In this document: piece after piece, positions 1 to 12,500 of the stretch
How the letters are laid out: each line of letters starts with the position of its first letter
Position numbering within the stretch: position 1 is the stretch's first letter
Assembly: GCF_963921235.1 (NCBI RefSeq)
Contig: NC_086108.1
Location: 115,756,001 to 115,820,000, forward strand
Reading direction: 5' to 3'
Length of the DNA stretch: 64,000 nucleotides
Origin: Mobula hypostoma
Lineage: Eukaryota
Notes under the pieces: generated by a model
Databases searched by the model: none
Seen by the model: the letters and a program-made list of their open reading frames with translations, nothing else
Told to the model about the DNA's origin: nothing
Made by a program: the position numbers and the translations under genes

Positions 1-2743
1 TGAAAGGGCACCCTTCAATCCTGAAGTCATGCCCTCTTGTACTAGACTCCCCCATCATGGGAAACAACTTTGCCACATCCACTCTGTCCATGCCTTTTAA
101 CATTCGAAATGTTTCTATGAGGTCTCCCCTCATTCTTCTAAACTCCAAGGAATACAGTCCAAGAGCGGACAAACGTTCCTCATATGTTAACCCTCACATT
201 CCCGGAATCATTCTAGTGAATCTTTTCTGTACCCTCTCCAACATCAGCACATCCTTTCTTAAATAAGGAGACCAAAACTGCCCACAGTACTCCAAGTGAG
301 GTCTCACCAGTGCCTTATAGAGCCTCAACATCACATCCCTGCTCCTATACTCTATTCCTCTAGAAATGAATGCCAACATTGCATTCGCCTTCTTCACTAC
401 CGACTCAACCTGGAGGTTAACTTTAAGGGAATCCTGTACGAGGACTCCCAAGTCCCGTTGCATCTCAGAACTTTGAATTATTTCCCCATTTAAATAATAG
501 TCTGCCCGTTTATTTTTTCTGCCAAAGTGCATAACCATACACTTTCCAACATTGTACTTCATTTGCCACTTCTCTGCCCATTCTTCCAATCTATCCAAGT
601 CTCTCTGCAGACTCTCCATTTCCTCAGCACTACCGGCCCCTCCACCGATCTTCGTATCGTCAGCAAACTTAGCCACAAAGCCATCTATTCCATAATCCAA
701 ATCGTTGATGTACAATGTAAAAAGAAGCGGCCCCAACACAAACTCCTGTAGAACACCACTGGTAACCGGCAGCCAACCAGAATAGGATCCCTTTGTTCCC
801 ACTCTCTGTTTCCTGCCAATCAGCCAACGCTCTATCCACATATGTAACTTTCCTGTAATTCCATGGGCTCTTATCTTGTTAAGCAGCCTCATGTGTGGCA
901 CCTTGTCAAAGGCCTTCTGAAAATCCAAATATACAACATCCACTGCATCTCCCTTGTCTAGCCTACTGGTAATTTCCTCAAAAAATTGTAATAGGTTTGT
1001 CAGGCAGGATTTTCCTTTAAGGAATCCATGCTGAGTTCTGCCTATCTTGTCATATGCCTCCAGGTACTCTGTAACCTCATCCTTGACAATTGACTCCAAC
1101 AACATCCCAACCACCGACGTCAAGCTAACAGGTCTATAATTTCCTTCTTGCTTCCTTGCCCCCTTCTTAAATAGCGGAGTGACATTTGCAATCTTCCAGT
1201 CCTCCGGAACCTTGCCAGAATCTATCGACTTTTGAAAGATCATCGCTAATGCCTCCACAATCTCCACAGCTACTTCCTTCAGAACACGAGGGTGCATTCC
1301 ATCTGGTCCAGGAGATTTATCGACCTTTAGCCTATTCAGCTTCCTGAGTACTTTCTCTGTCGTAATTGTGACTGCGCACACTTCTCTTCCCTGCCACCCT
1401 TGAGTGTCCGGTATCCTGCTGTCTTCCTCAGTGAAGACTGATGCAAAATACTTGTTCAGTTCCTCTGCCATCTCCTCATCTCCAATTACAATTTCTCCAG
1501 CACCATTTTCTGTTGGTCCTATATCTACTCTCACCTGTCTTTTACTCTTTATATACTTGAAAAAGCTTTTAGTATCCTCTTTGATATTATTTGCTAGTTT
1601 CCTTTCATAGTTAATCTTTTGTCTCTTAATGACCTTCTTGGTTTCCTTTTGTAAGGTTTTAAAGACTTCCCAATCCTCTGTCTTCCCACTAATTTTTGCT
1701 TCCTTGTATGCCCTCTCCTTAGCTTTAACTTTTGCTTTGACTTCTCTTGTCAACCACGGTTGCATCCTTTTTCCACTCGAAAATTTCTTCTTTTTTGGAA
1801 TATACCTGTCTTGCACATTCCTCATTTCTCGCATAAACTCCAGCCACTGCTGCTCTGCCGTCTTTCCCGCCAGTGTCTCTTTCCAGTCAACTTTGGCCAG
1901 TTCCTCTCTCATGCCACTGTAGTTTCCTTTACTCCACTGAAACACCGACACATCAGATTTCGGCTTCTCTTTTTCTAATTTCACAGTGAACTCAATCATG
2001 TTATGATCACTGCCTCCTAAGGGTTCCTTCACCTCAATCTCTCCAATCACCTCCGGTTCATTACACAATACCCAATCCAGTACAGCCGATCCCCTAGTGG
2101 GCTCAACAACAAGCTGTTCTAAAAAGCCATCTCGCAGACATTCTACAAATTCTCTCTCTTGAGATCCAGTGCCGACCTGATTTTTCCAATCTACTTGCAC
2201 TTTAAAATCCCCCACAATTATCATAACACTGCCCTTCTGACAAGCCTTTTCTATTTCCAGTTGTAATTTGTAGTCCACATCCCTGAAGCTGTTTGGAGGC
2301 CTATAAATAACTGCCATCAGGGTCCTTTTACCCCTGCTATTCCTCAGTTCAACCCATAAAGATTCTGCACCTTCCGATCCTATATCACCTCTTTCTAATG
2401 ATTTAATATCATTTCTTACCAATAAAGCCACGCCTCTCCCTCTGCCTACCTTCCTATCCTTCTGATACATCGTGTATCCTTGGACGTTCAGCTCCCAGAA
2501 ACATGAATCCTTTAGCCAGGTCTCAGTGATGGCCACAATATCATACCTGCCAATCTGTAGCTGTACAACAAGATCATCCACCTTATTTCTTATGCTGCGT
2601 GCATTTAAGTACAACACCTTAAGACCAGTATTTGATACTTTTTGCTTTGATTTCACTGCAACTTTATTGCACTGCAACTCATCCCAATGGCTACACATTT
2701 GCCCCATCACCTGCCTATCTTTCCTGACATCTTTACTGCTCAC
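1..2743 (-). pseudogene. CR1 ORF2 (apurinic endonuclease + reverse transcriptase) with premature stop
   Basis: 849-aa ORF with LYLNARSI, ITETWL, IYRPP, SDH (EN) and NYRPVSLTS, YLDFQKAFDKVPH, FADD (RT). TGA at 194-196 is internal: the frame continues GLTYEERLSALGLYSLEFRRMRGDLIE. GDFN is GDFK and QGSVLGP is QEFVLGP. Confidence 0.9.
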
Positions 2744-2810
2744 TATCTTAGATTTATTTCTGTTTCCTCATCCTCCGCTCTATCATTCTGGTTCCCATCC
2801 CCCTACCAAA

Positions 2811-3458
2811 TTAGTTTAAACCCTCCCTAACAGCTCTATTAAACTTTCCCGCCAGGATATTGGTCCCCTTCGGGTTCAGGTGTAACCTGTCCTTTTTGAA
2901 CAGGTCATACTTCCCCCAGAAGAGATCCCAATTATCCAAGAATCTGAAGCCCTGCCCCCTGCACCAGTCTCTCAGCCACGTATTCATCTGCCTGATCCGA
3001 CTACTCTTGCCCTCGCTAGCACGTGGCACAGGTAGCAATCCCGAGATTACTACCCTGGAGGTCCTGCTTCTCAGCTTCCTTCCTAATTCCTGGAAATCTC
3101 TCTTCAGGACCTCCTTCTTTGTCCTATCTATGTCATTGGTACCAACATGTACCAAGACAACTGGCTGTTCACCCTCCCCCTATAGAATATTCAGGACCCG
3201 ATCTGAGACATCCTGTACTCTGGCACCTGGGAGGCAACACACCATGCGGGTATCTCTGTCAGGCTCACAGAATCTCCTGTCTGTTCCCCTGACTATGGAA
3301 TCCCCCACGACTACCGCATTTCTCTTCACCCTCCTTCTCTCCTGCACAACAGTGCCAGGCTCAGTGCCAGAGACCCGGTCACCGTGGGCGTCCCCCGTCA
3401 GGTCATCCCCCTCAACAGCATCCAGAACAAGATATTTGTTGCTGAGGGGGACAGCCAT
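2811..3458 (-). pseudogene. CR1 ORF1 C-terminal SGNH/GDSL esterase-like domain, one in-frame stop
   Basis: ORFs 3180-3458 and 2811-3155 share a frame, separated by TAG plus 8 codons. Motifs VVVGDS, LPGAR, HVGTND, DRLHLN. Confidence 0.88.
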
Positions 3459-3460
3459 AG

Positions 3461-3707
3461 GTTGTGAGGAGGATGATCTATGTAGATAGTGAGGAGGAAG
3501 ATTGATGTAGAGGGTGAGGAGGATGATTGCTGTGGAGCTCGAGGTGGAAGATCTATGTAGATGGTGAGGAGGATGATCGATGTAGGTTGTGAGGAAGATA
3601 ATCTATCAGAGGGTGAGGAGGATGACCTATGTAGATGGCGTGGAGGGTGATCGATGTCGGGTATGCGGAGTATAATCGATGTATAGGGTGAGGAGGATGA
3701 TCGATGT
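3461..3707. repeat. Purine-rich ~25-bp tandem repeat, left segment
   Basis: Repeated GAGGAGGATGATCGATGTAGA(T/G)GGT units. Confidence 0.9.
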
Positions 3708-6596
3708 CACCTGATTATTTCCAGTGGTTTAGATGGGGCAGGGTGTGTCCAGGACGGATTCCTGTCACAGTGTGTTGACAGGCCGACTAAAGGGAATGCC
3801 ATACTAGATCTAGTACTAGGTAACAAACCGGGTCAGGTCACAAATCTCTCAGTGGGTGAGAATCTGGGGAACAGTGACCACCGCTCCCTGGCCTTTAGCA
3901 TTATGATGGAAAAGGATAGAATCAGAGAGGTCAGGAAAATTTTAAATTGGTGAAGGGCAAATTATGAGGCTATAAGGCTAGAACTTGCGGGTGTGAATTG
4001 GGATGATGTTTTTGCAAGGAAATGTACAATGGACATGTGGTCGATATTTAGGGATCTCTTGCAGGAGTGATTCCTGGGATGGCAGGATTTTCATATGATG
4101 AAACACTGGATCAACTACGCTTATACTCATTGGAATTTAGAAGATTGAGGGGCGATCTTATTGAAACATATAAAATCCTAAAGGAATTGGACAGGCTAGA
4201 TGCAGGAAGATTGTTCCTGATGTTGGGGAAGTCCAGAACGAGGGGTCACAGTTTGAGGATAAAGGGGAAGCCTTTTAGGACTGAGATGAGGAAAAACTTC
4301 TTCACACAGTGAGTGGTGAATCTGTGGAATTCTCTGCCACAGGAAACAAGTTGAGGCCAGTTCATTGGCTATATTTAAGAGGGAGTTAGATATGGCCCTT
4401 GTGGCTAAAGGGATCAGGAGGTATGGAGGGAATGCTGGTACAGGGTTCTGAGTTGGATGATCAGCCATGATCATACTGAATGGCGGTGCAGGCTTGAAGG
4501 GCCGAATGGCCTACTTCTGCACCTATTTTCTATGTTTCTATGTTTCTATGTTAGGGATAAATTTGCCCCGGTGAGGATGATAAAGAATGGTAGGGTGAAG
4601 GAACCATGGGTGACAAGTGAGGTGGAGAATCTAGTCAGGTGGAAGAAGGCAGCATACATGAGGTTTAGGAAGCAAGGATCAGATGGGTCTATTGAGGAAT
4701 ATAGGGAAGCAAGAAAGGAGCTTAAGAAGGGGTTGAGGAGAGTAAGAAAGGGGACATGAGAAGGCCTTCGTGAGAAGGGTAAAGGAAAACCTCAAGGCAT
4801 TCTTCAATTATGTGAAGAACAAAAGGATGACAGGAGTGAAGGTAGGACCAATTAGAGATAAAGGTGGGATGATGTGCCTGGAGGCTGTGGAAGTGAGCGA
4901 GGTCCTCAATGAATACCTGTCTTTGGTATTCACCAATGAAAAGGAACTTGATGATGGTGAGGACAATATGAGTGAGGCTGATGTTCTGGAGCATGTTGAT
5001 ATTAAGGGAGAGGAGGTGTTGGAGTTGTTAAAGTACATTAGGACGGATAAGTCCCCGGGGCCTGATGGAATATTCCCCAGGCTGCTCCACGAGTTGAGGG
5101 AAGAGATTGCTGAGACTCTGGCTAGGATCTTTATGTCCTCGTTGTCCACTGGAATGGTACCGGAGGATTGGAGGGAGGCGAATGTTGTCCCCTTGTTCAA
5201 AAAAAGGTAGTAGGGTTAGTCCGGGTAATTGTAGACCAGTAAGCCTTACGTCTGTAGTGGGAAAGCTGTTGGAAAAGATTTTTAGAGATAGGATATATGG
5301 GTATTCAGATAATCATGGTTTGATCAGGGACAGTCAGCATGGCTTTGTGAAGGGCAGATCCAGTCTAACAAGCTTGACAGAGTTCTTTGAGGAGGTGACC
5401 AGCCATATAGATGAGGGTAGTGTAGTGGATGTGATCTACATGGATTTTAGTAAGGCATTTGAAAAGGTTCCACACTGTAGGATTATTCAGAAAGTCAGAA
5501 GGCATGGGATCCAGGGAAGTTTGTCCAAGTGGATTCAGAATTGGCTTGCCTGCAGACAGCAGGGAGTCGTGGTGAAGGGAGTACATTCGGATTGGAGAGT
5601 TGTGACTAGCGGTATCCCACAAGGATTGGTTCTGGGACCTCTACTTTTCATGATTTTTATTAACGACCTGGATATGGGGGTAGAAGGGTGAGTTGGCGAG
5701 TTTGCAGATGACACAAAAGTTGGTGGTGTTGTGGATAGTTTGGAGGATTGTCGAAGATTGCAGAGAGGCACAGATAGGATGCAGAAGTGGGCTGAGAAGT
5801 GGCAGATGGAGTTCAATCCGGAGAAGTAAAAGGTGGTACACTTTAGAACGACAAACTCCAAGGCAGAGTACAAAGTAAATAGCAGGATACTTGGAAGTGT
5901 GGAGGAGCAGAATGATCTGGGGGTACATGTCCACTGATCCCTGAAAGTTGCCGCACAGGAAGATAGGGTAGTTAAGAAAGCTTATGGGGTGTTAGCTTTC
6001 ATAAGTCGTGGGACAGAGTTTAAGAGTCGCTGGGTAATGATGCAGCTCTATAAAACCCTGGTTTGGCTACACTGGGAGTACTGTGTCCAGTTCTGGTGGC
6101 CTCACTATAGGAAGGATGTGGAAGCATTGGAAAGGGTACAGAGGAGATTTACCAGGATGCTGTCTGGTGTAGAGAGTATGCATTATGATCAGAGATTAAG
6201 GGAGCTAGGGCTAAATTTACTCTTTGGAGAGAAGGAGGATGAGAGGAGACATGATAGAGGTGTACAAGATAATAAGAGGAATAGATAGAGTGGATAGCCA
6301 GCGCCTCTTCCCCAGGGCAGCACTGCTCAATACAAGAGGACATGGATTTAAGGTAAGGGGTGGGAAGTTCAAGGGGGATATTAGAGGAAGTTTTTTTATT
6401 CAGAGAGTGGTTGGTGCGTGGAATGCACTGCCTGAGTCAGTGGTGGAGGCAGATACACTAGTGAAGTTTAAGAGACTACTAGACAGGTATATGGAGGAAT
6501 TTAAGGTGGGGGTGATATGGGAGGCAGGGTTTAAGGGTCAGCATAACATTGTGGGCCGAAGGGCCTGTACTGTACTGTAGTGTTCTATGTTCTATG
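3708..6596 (+). mobile_element. CR1 LINE (subfamily 'B'), 5'-truncated in EN domain, frameshifted, interrupted at 4067-4552
   Basis: Translates CVQDGFL..AILDLVL..SDH (EN), [24 protein letters not shown]. Ends GGCCGAAGGGCCTGT..(TTCTATG)n. Confidence 0.92.
4067..4552 (+). mobile_element. CR1 3' fragment (subfamily 'A') nested in subfamily B copy
   Basis: IPGMAGFSYDE..RRLRGDLIE, 3' UTR and (TTTCTATG)n tail. Very similar to ~26527-27004. Host frame DLLQ-DVRDKF rejoins across it. Confidence 0.92.
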
Positions 6597-9500
6597 ACCT
6601 CTACATAGTGAGGGGGATGATCTACGTTTAGAGTGAGGATAATGATCGAATTAGAGGGTGAGAAGGATGATCGATGTAGACAGAGGAGGATGATCGACAT
6701 AGAAGGTGTAGAGGGTGAGGAGGATGATCTATTTTGAGGATGACGAGTATGATCGATGTTGAGGATGAGGTGGTTTATCGATGTAGAGAGTGAGGCGGAT
6801 GATCGATGTAGAGGATGATGATGATCCCTATAGTGGGCGAGAAGGGTGATCGATCTAGATAATGAGGAGTGTGATCGATGGAGAGGCTCAAGAGTATGAT
6901 CTTTGTAGATAGTGAGGACGATGATCGATGTTGAGAGACAGGAGGATGATTTATGTAGGGGATGCGTAGGATGATCAATGTAGATAGTGAGTAGGATTAT
7001 CGATGTTGATAGTGAGGAGGATGATCGATATAGAGGATGAGGAAGATGATGAATATCAAGTGTGAGGAGGATGATCGATGGAGATGGTGAGGAGGATGAT
7101 TGATGTAGAGAGTGAGGGGGATGATCGATGTAGATGCTGAGGAGGATGGTCTATGTAGAGGATGAGGATGATGATTGATGTAGAGAGTAAGGAGGATGAT
7201 TGATGTAGATAGTGAGGAGGAGGATGATCAATACAGATGGTTGGGAGGATGATTGGTGTCGATCGTGAGGAGGGTGGTCGATATAGAAAGTTGGGAGGAT
7301 GATTGATGTAGAAGGTTGGGAGGATGATCGATGTGGAAGATTGAGAGGATGATCGATGCAGATATTGCGGAGGGTGATTCATGCAGATAATGAGGAGGAT
7401 GATTGATGTAGATAGTGAGGGGGATGATCGATGTAAATAGTGAGGAGGATGCTTGATGCCGATAGTGAGGAGGATTATCATTGAGAAGGATGAATGTTGA
7501 TAAAAGTGAGCTGAATGAAAGTTGCACATGTTCATCAGGAAGATCGGTGTAGATGGTGAGGAGGATGGGTGATGTAGATGTTGAGGACGATGATTGATTG
7601 TAGATGATGAAATGAAAGAAGGTTGTAGAATGGGAGTATATTGATCGATATAGGTGTTGAGGAGGATGATTGATGTAGATTTTGTAGCGGATGATCATCA
7701 TAGATGATTAGGAGGATGAATGTCATAGATAGTGTGAGATTAATTATTAAACATGGTGATGAGGATGAGCGTTATAGATGGTGAGGATGATGATCGGTTC
7801 AGATGATGGGTAGGACAAATGTTGTAGATTGATGTATATGGTGAGGAGGTTGAACAATGTAGATGTTGAGGATGATGATCGATTCAGATGGTGGGTAGGA
7901 TGAATATTGTAGATGGTCAGGATGACGATCGATGTCGATGGTGAGGAGGTTGATCAATGCAAATGGTGAGTCGGATGATTGACGTAGAACATGAGGACAA
8001 TGATCGACGTAGACAGGAGGATTATTATTGTAAATGGTGAGGAAGATGGACATTGTGGATATTGAGTTTTATAGATGTTGGGGAGGATGTAGAACGTAAG
8101 GAGGATGATTGATGTATATGGTATGGAGGATGATCATTGTAGATTGTGAGGAGGAGGAAAGTTGTAGATAGTGTGGAGGATGCTTGATGTAGATGGTGTG
8201 GTGTTTGATTTTTTTTTTTATTAAGTGCAATCGTGAACAATAGCCAGATCAGAAATGCTGATCAAGTCAAATAGTTCCCAAAGAGAACTCCGATAGGCCA
8301 ATCAGATGGTTCACTGCTGCTCAGTGATTGAACACAAAAAAATCATATGTCAAGTACATAGAACAGGTCCAAGGGTCTCTAGCCCCTGTACCCCAGAAAC
8401 ACACCTGACCTATGCACGACCTGATCTGAAAGCATCATGTTGACTCATAACAGATCGTGTTCATGGTGAAACAGCTTAGTCAAGGATGGGGTGATCAGCG
8501 CAGATGGACAAATTATACCTCCACTACCCCGTTGATTGATGTAAATAGTGTGGAGGATGAACATTGTGCATGGTGAGGAGAATGACCGATGTAGATACTG
8601 AGGCGTTTGACCACTGAAGATTGTGAGATAGTTAATCGCTGATGATGGTGACGAGTATGAACATTGTAGATCGTGAGGAGAAAGATCGATACAGATGGTG
8701 AAGCAGATGGTCTATGTATATGGTGAGCAGGAAGATCGATGTAGGTCATAAGGAAGACGATTGATGTTGATGGTGAGGAGGATAGAAGTTGTAGATGATG
8801 AGGTGGATCACCTATGTAGTTGTTGATCCTGATGATCATTGCAGATGGTGAGAAGGATAAACTTTGTCGATGGTGAGGAGGATGATTGTTGTAGATTATG
8901 AGTAGTATGATTGATACTGATGTTGATCTGGATGATTGATGTAGGTGGTGTAGATCATTGTAGATGGTGAGGAAGATAATTGATATTGTGGGTGATCAGG
9001 ATTATCATTGTAGTTTGTGAGGAGGATGAACTTTGTAGATATTGAGATTTTGATCAGTATAGATACTGAGGATGATCATTGCAGATGGTATGGTCGATTG
9101 TAGGTGCTGAGGAGGATGATCGATTGTAGATGTTGAGGAAGATGATCAATGTAGATAGTGAGGAGGACAATCTATGAAGAGGATGAGGAGGATCGATGTA
9201 GATGGTGAGAAGAATGAGCTTTGTAGATAGCAAAGAGGATGATTGATGTAGATGATGAGATTGATCATTGAAGATGAATATGAGAATACATGTGTAGATG
9301 GCGAAGAGGATCATCCTTGTAGATGGTGAGGAGAAGATCAATTTAGTTGGTGAGGAGAATGGTGTTTGTAGATGGTGAGTAGAATAATCATTGAAGTTGA
9401 TTAGCATTATCATTGTAGATGGTTAGGAAGATGGATGATGTAGCTGTTGAGGGGGATAATCGTTGAGAATGGTGATGAGCATTATTGGTGATGCTGAAGG

Positions 9501-12500
9501 GTGATAGCTGTAGATGTTTAGGAGTATGATCAATGTAGATTGTGAGGAGGATAATTGATTTAATTGGTGAGGAGGATGAACTTTGTAGATGTAGAGTTTC
9601 ATGATCAATATAGATGTTGAGGATAATCGATGTAGATGTTAAGGAGGATAATCATTGTAAATGACAAGAGGAATAAATGTTGTAGATAATCGATGGAGAT
9701 GATGAGGAAGATAATTGATGCAGATCGTGAGGAGGATGTCTAATGCCACTGGTGAGGAGGATATTTGATGTAGATGGTGAGAAGGATGTTCGATGTAGAT
9801 TGCCAATAAAAAGATCGATGTAGATGGCAATGAAGATGATCGATGTAGCTGGTGAGGTGGATGAACGATGTTTATGGTACAGAGGATTATTGATGTAGAC
9901 TGTGACGGGGATGATTAATGTTGATTTTAAGGAGTCTGATCGATGTAGATGGCGAGGAGGTTGATTGTTGAAGATAGTCAGGTGTATGAACGTTTTGATG
10001 TTGAGGAGGACGATCTCTGTAGTGGTCAGGATGATGATCGATGTAGATTCTGAGGAGTAAGATCAATGTAGATGGTCAGGAGTATGTTCATTGTAGATGG
10101 CGAGGAGGATGATCAATGTAGATGTTAAGGTTGATCGATGTAGATGTTGAGGAGGTTGATCAATATACATGTTGAGGAGGATGATCAATATTGTAAAATA
10201 ATAGATAATGAGGAAGGTGGTCTATGAAGATGTTGAGGATGATCGATTTTGAGGCTGAGGAGAATGGTCTACGAAGATGTTGAGGGGGATGATCGATGTT
10301 GATGCTGAAGAAGATGGTCCATGAAGATGTTGAGGAGGATGATCATTGAGAATGGAGGGGAGAATGAATGTTAATGATGATGAGAGGAATGACAGCTGTA
10401 TGTGTTCTGGAGCACGATCCATGCAGATTGAAAGGAAAATGAGCAATTTAGTTGGTGAGGAGGATAATCGATACAGATGGTGAGGAAGTTGGTTGATGTA
10501 GATGTTGAGGAGGGTAATCGATGTAGATGCTGCGAAGGATGTATGTTGTAGATGGTGAGTAGTATGAATGATATAGATGTTAAGGAGGATGATCGATGTA
10601 GACGGTGAGAAAGATGATCAATGTAGACAGTTAGGAGGACATTGCTGTAGATGATAAGGAGGATTATCAATGTACATCGTGAGAAAGATGATCAATGTAG
10701 ACAGTGAGGAGGATCATCACTGTTAATAGTGAGAGGATGAATGTTGCAGATGATGTGCAGTATGTCCAATATTGATCAATATTGATATGATTGATTTAGA
10801 TGGTGAGAAGGCTGATTGTAGATGGTGAGGAGGGTGAAGTTAGGAGATGTTGAGGAGGATGATCAATGTAGATGAGGTTGATCATATAAGATCTTGAGGA
10901 CTATATTGTCGACCGATGTAAATGTTGAGGAGGTTGATTGATGTACATATTGAGAAGGACGATCAATGTAGTTGGTGAAGAGATAAACGATTAAATAGTG
11001 AGGAAGATGATCTATGAAGATATTGAGCAGGATGATCAGTATTCTTTGTAGATGGTGAGGAGGATGAATGTTGTATATATAGAGTTTTATGATCGTTATA
11101 GATGTTGAAGAGGATGATTGATGTAGATGTGTGGAAGATAACCATGGTAGTTGGTGAGGAGAATGAGCGTTGCTGATGTTGAGGAGGATGATCATTATGG
11201 ATGGTGATGATTATGGATGATCAATGTAGATGGTGAAGAGGATAATCGATACAGAAGGTGAGGAGGATTTTCATTGTAGATGCTGAATAGGATGATTGAT
11301 GCAGAACTTGAGTAGATTGTTCATTGCAGATGGAGAAGAGCATATTTATGAAGATGGCGAGGTGGATGAATGTTGATAATGAGGAAGATGATCGATGTAG
11401 ATGCTGAGGAGGATGACCTATGAAGACTGTGAGGAAATAATCAATATAGATGTTGAGGAGGTCGATCGATGTAGATAGTGAGGAGGAAGATCATTGTAGA
11501 TGGTAAGGAGGATGATTATTGTAAATGGTGAGGGAGATAAATGTTGTAGATAGTGAGGAAAACGATCGGTGAAGATGGTATGGAGGATGATCATTGTAGA
11601 TAGTGAGGATGATTGATGTAGATGAGGAGGAGGTTGATCATTAAAGCTGGTGAGGAGGATGATTGTTGGACATCGTGAGGGGATGAACGTTGCAGATAAT
11701 GAGGAATATGATATAGATGGTGAGGAGGGTCATCATTGTAGATGGTGCGGAGGGTTATCATTGGTGAATGTGAGGAGGATGAACATTGTAGATGGTGAGC
11801 AGGATGATCAATATAGATGTTGAGGAGGATAATTGATGTAGATGGTGAGGGGATGGTTGATGTATATGCTAAGGAGGATGTTCATTGTAGATGATGAGAA
11901 CAATTGATGTAGATATGAGGATGTTAATCGATGTAGATGCTGGGGTGGAGATCGATGTAGATAGTGAGGAGGATTATCTTTGTAGATGATGAGGCTGATT
12001 ATTGCTGTTAATTGTGATTAATATAAATGGTAAGGAGGATGATCATGGTAGATGGGATAGATGGTGAGGAAAAAGAACATTGTAGATGGTGAGGAGGAAG
12101 AACGTTGTAAATGGTGAGGAGGATGATTGATATAGTTGGTGAGGAAGTAATCTTTGTAGATGATGTGGATTATCGATACTGAGCGTGAAGAGGATGAATG
12201 ACATGGATGGTGAGTTGGATATTCAATGTAGATGGTGAGGTGGAAGATTGATGTAGATTCTGTGTAGGATGATCAATGTTGGATGGAGAGGTTTAAGATC
12301 GATGTAGATGCTGAAGAGGTTAATCGATGTAGATAGTGAGGAGGATAATCATTTAGATGGTAAGAAGAGTTGATCAATGTGGGTGGTGAGGACGATGAAA
12401 GTTGTAGAAGGGAGAAGGATAATCTTTGTAGATGATGAGATTTATCGATATCAAGACCAAGGAGGATGAATGCTGTAGATGGTGAGAAAGATGATCGATG

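Larger units (their letters stand above)
1..3460 (-). mobile_element. CR1-clade non-LTR retrotransposon (ORF1 esterase + ORF2 EN/RT), 5'-truncated within ORF1, runs off the left window edge
   Basis: Minus-strand ORFs in CR1 order: SGNH-type ORF1 remnant, then APE endonuclease and RT. Abrupt junction with the GA-rich array at ~3460. Confidence 0.93.

Noticed and set aside
194..2743. Active, intact LINE ORF2
   Set aside because: Premature TGA before the C-terminal region, altered EN and RT motifs, interrupted ORF1 and missing 5' end.
296..3489. Plus-strand ORFs (e.g. 209 aa at 2860-3489) and other ORFs antisense to LINE copies
   Set aside because: Shadow ORFs opposite LINE coding sequence with no independent motif.
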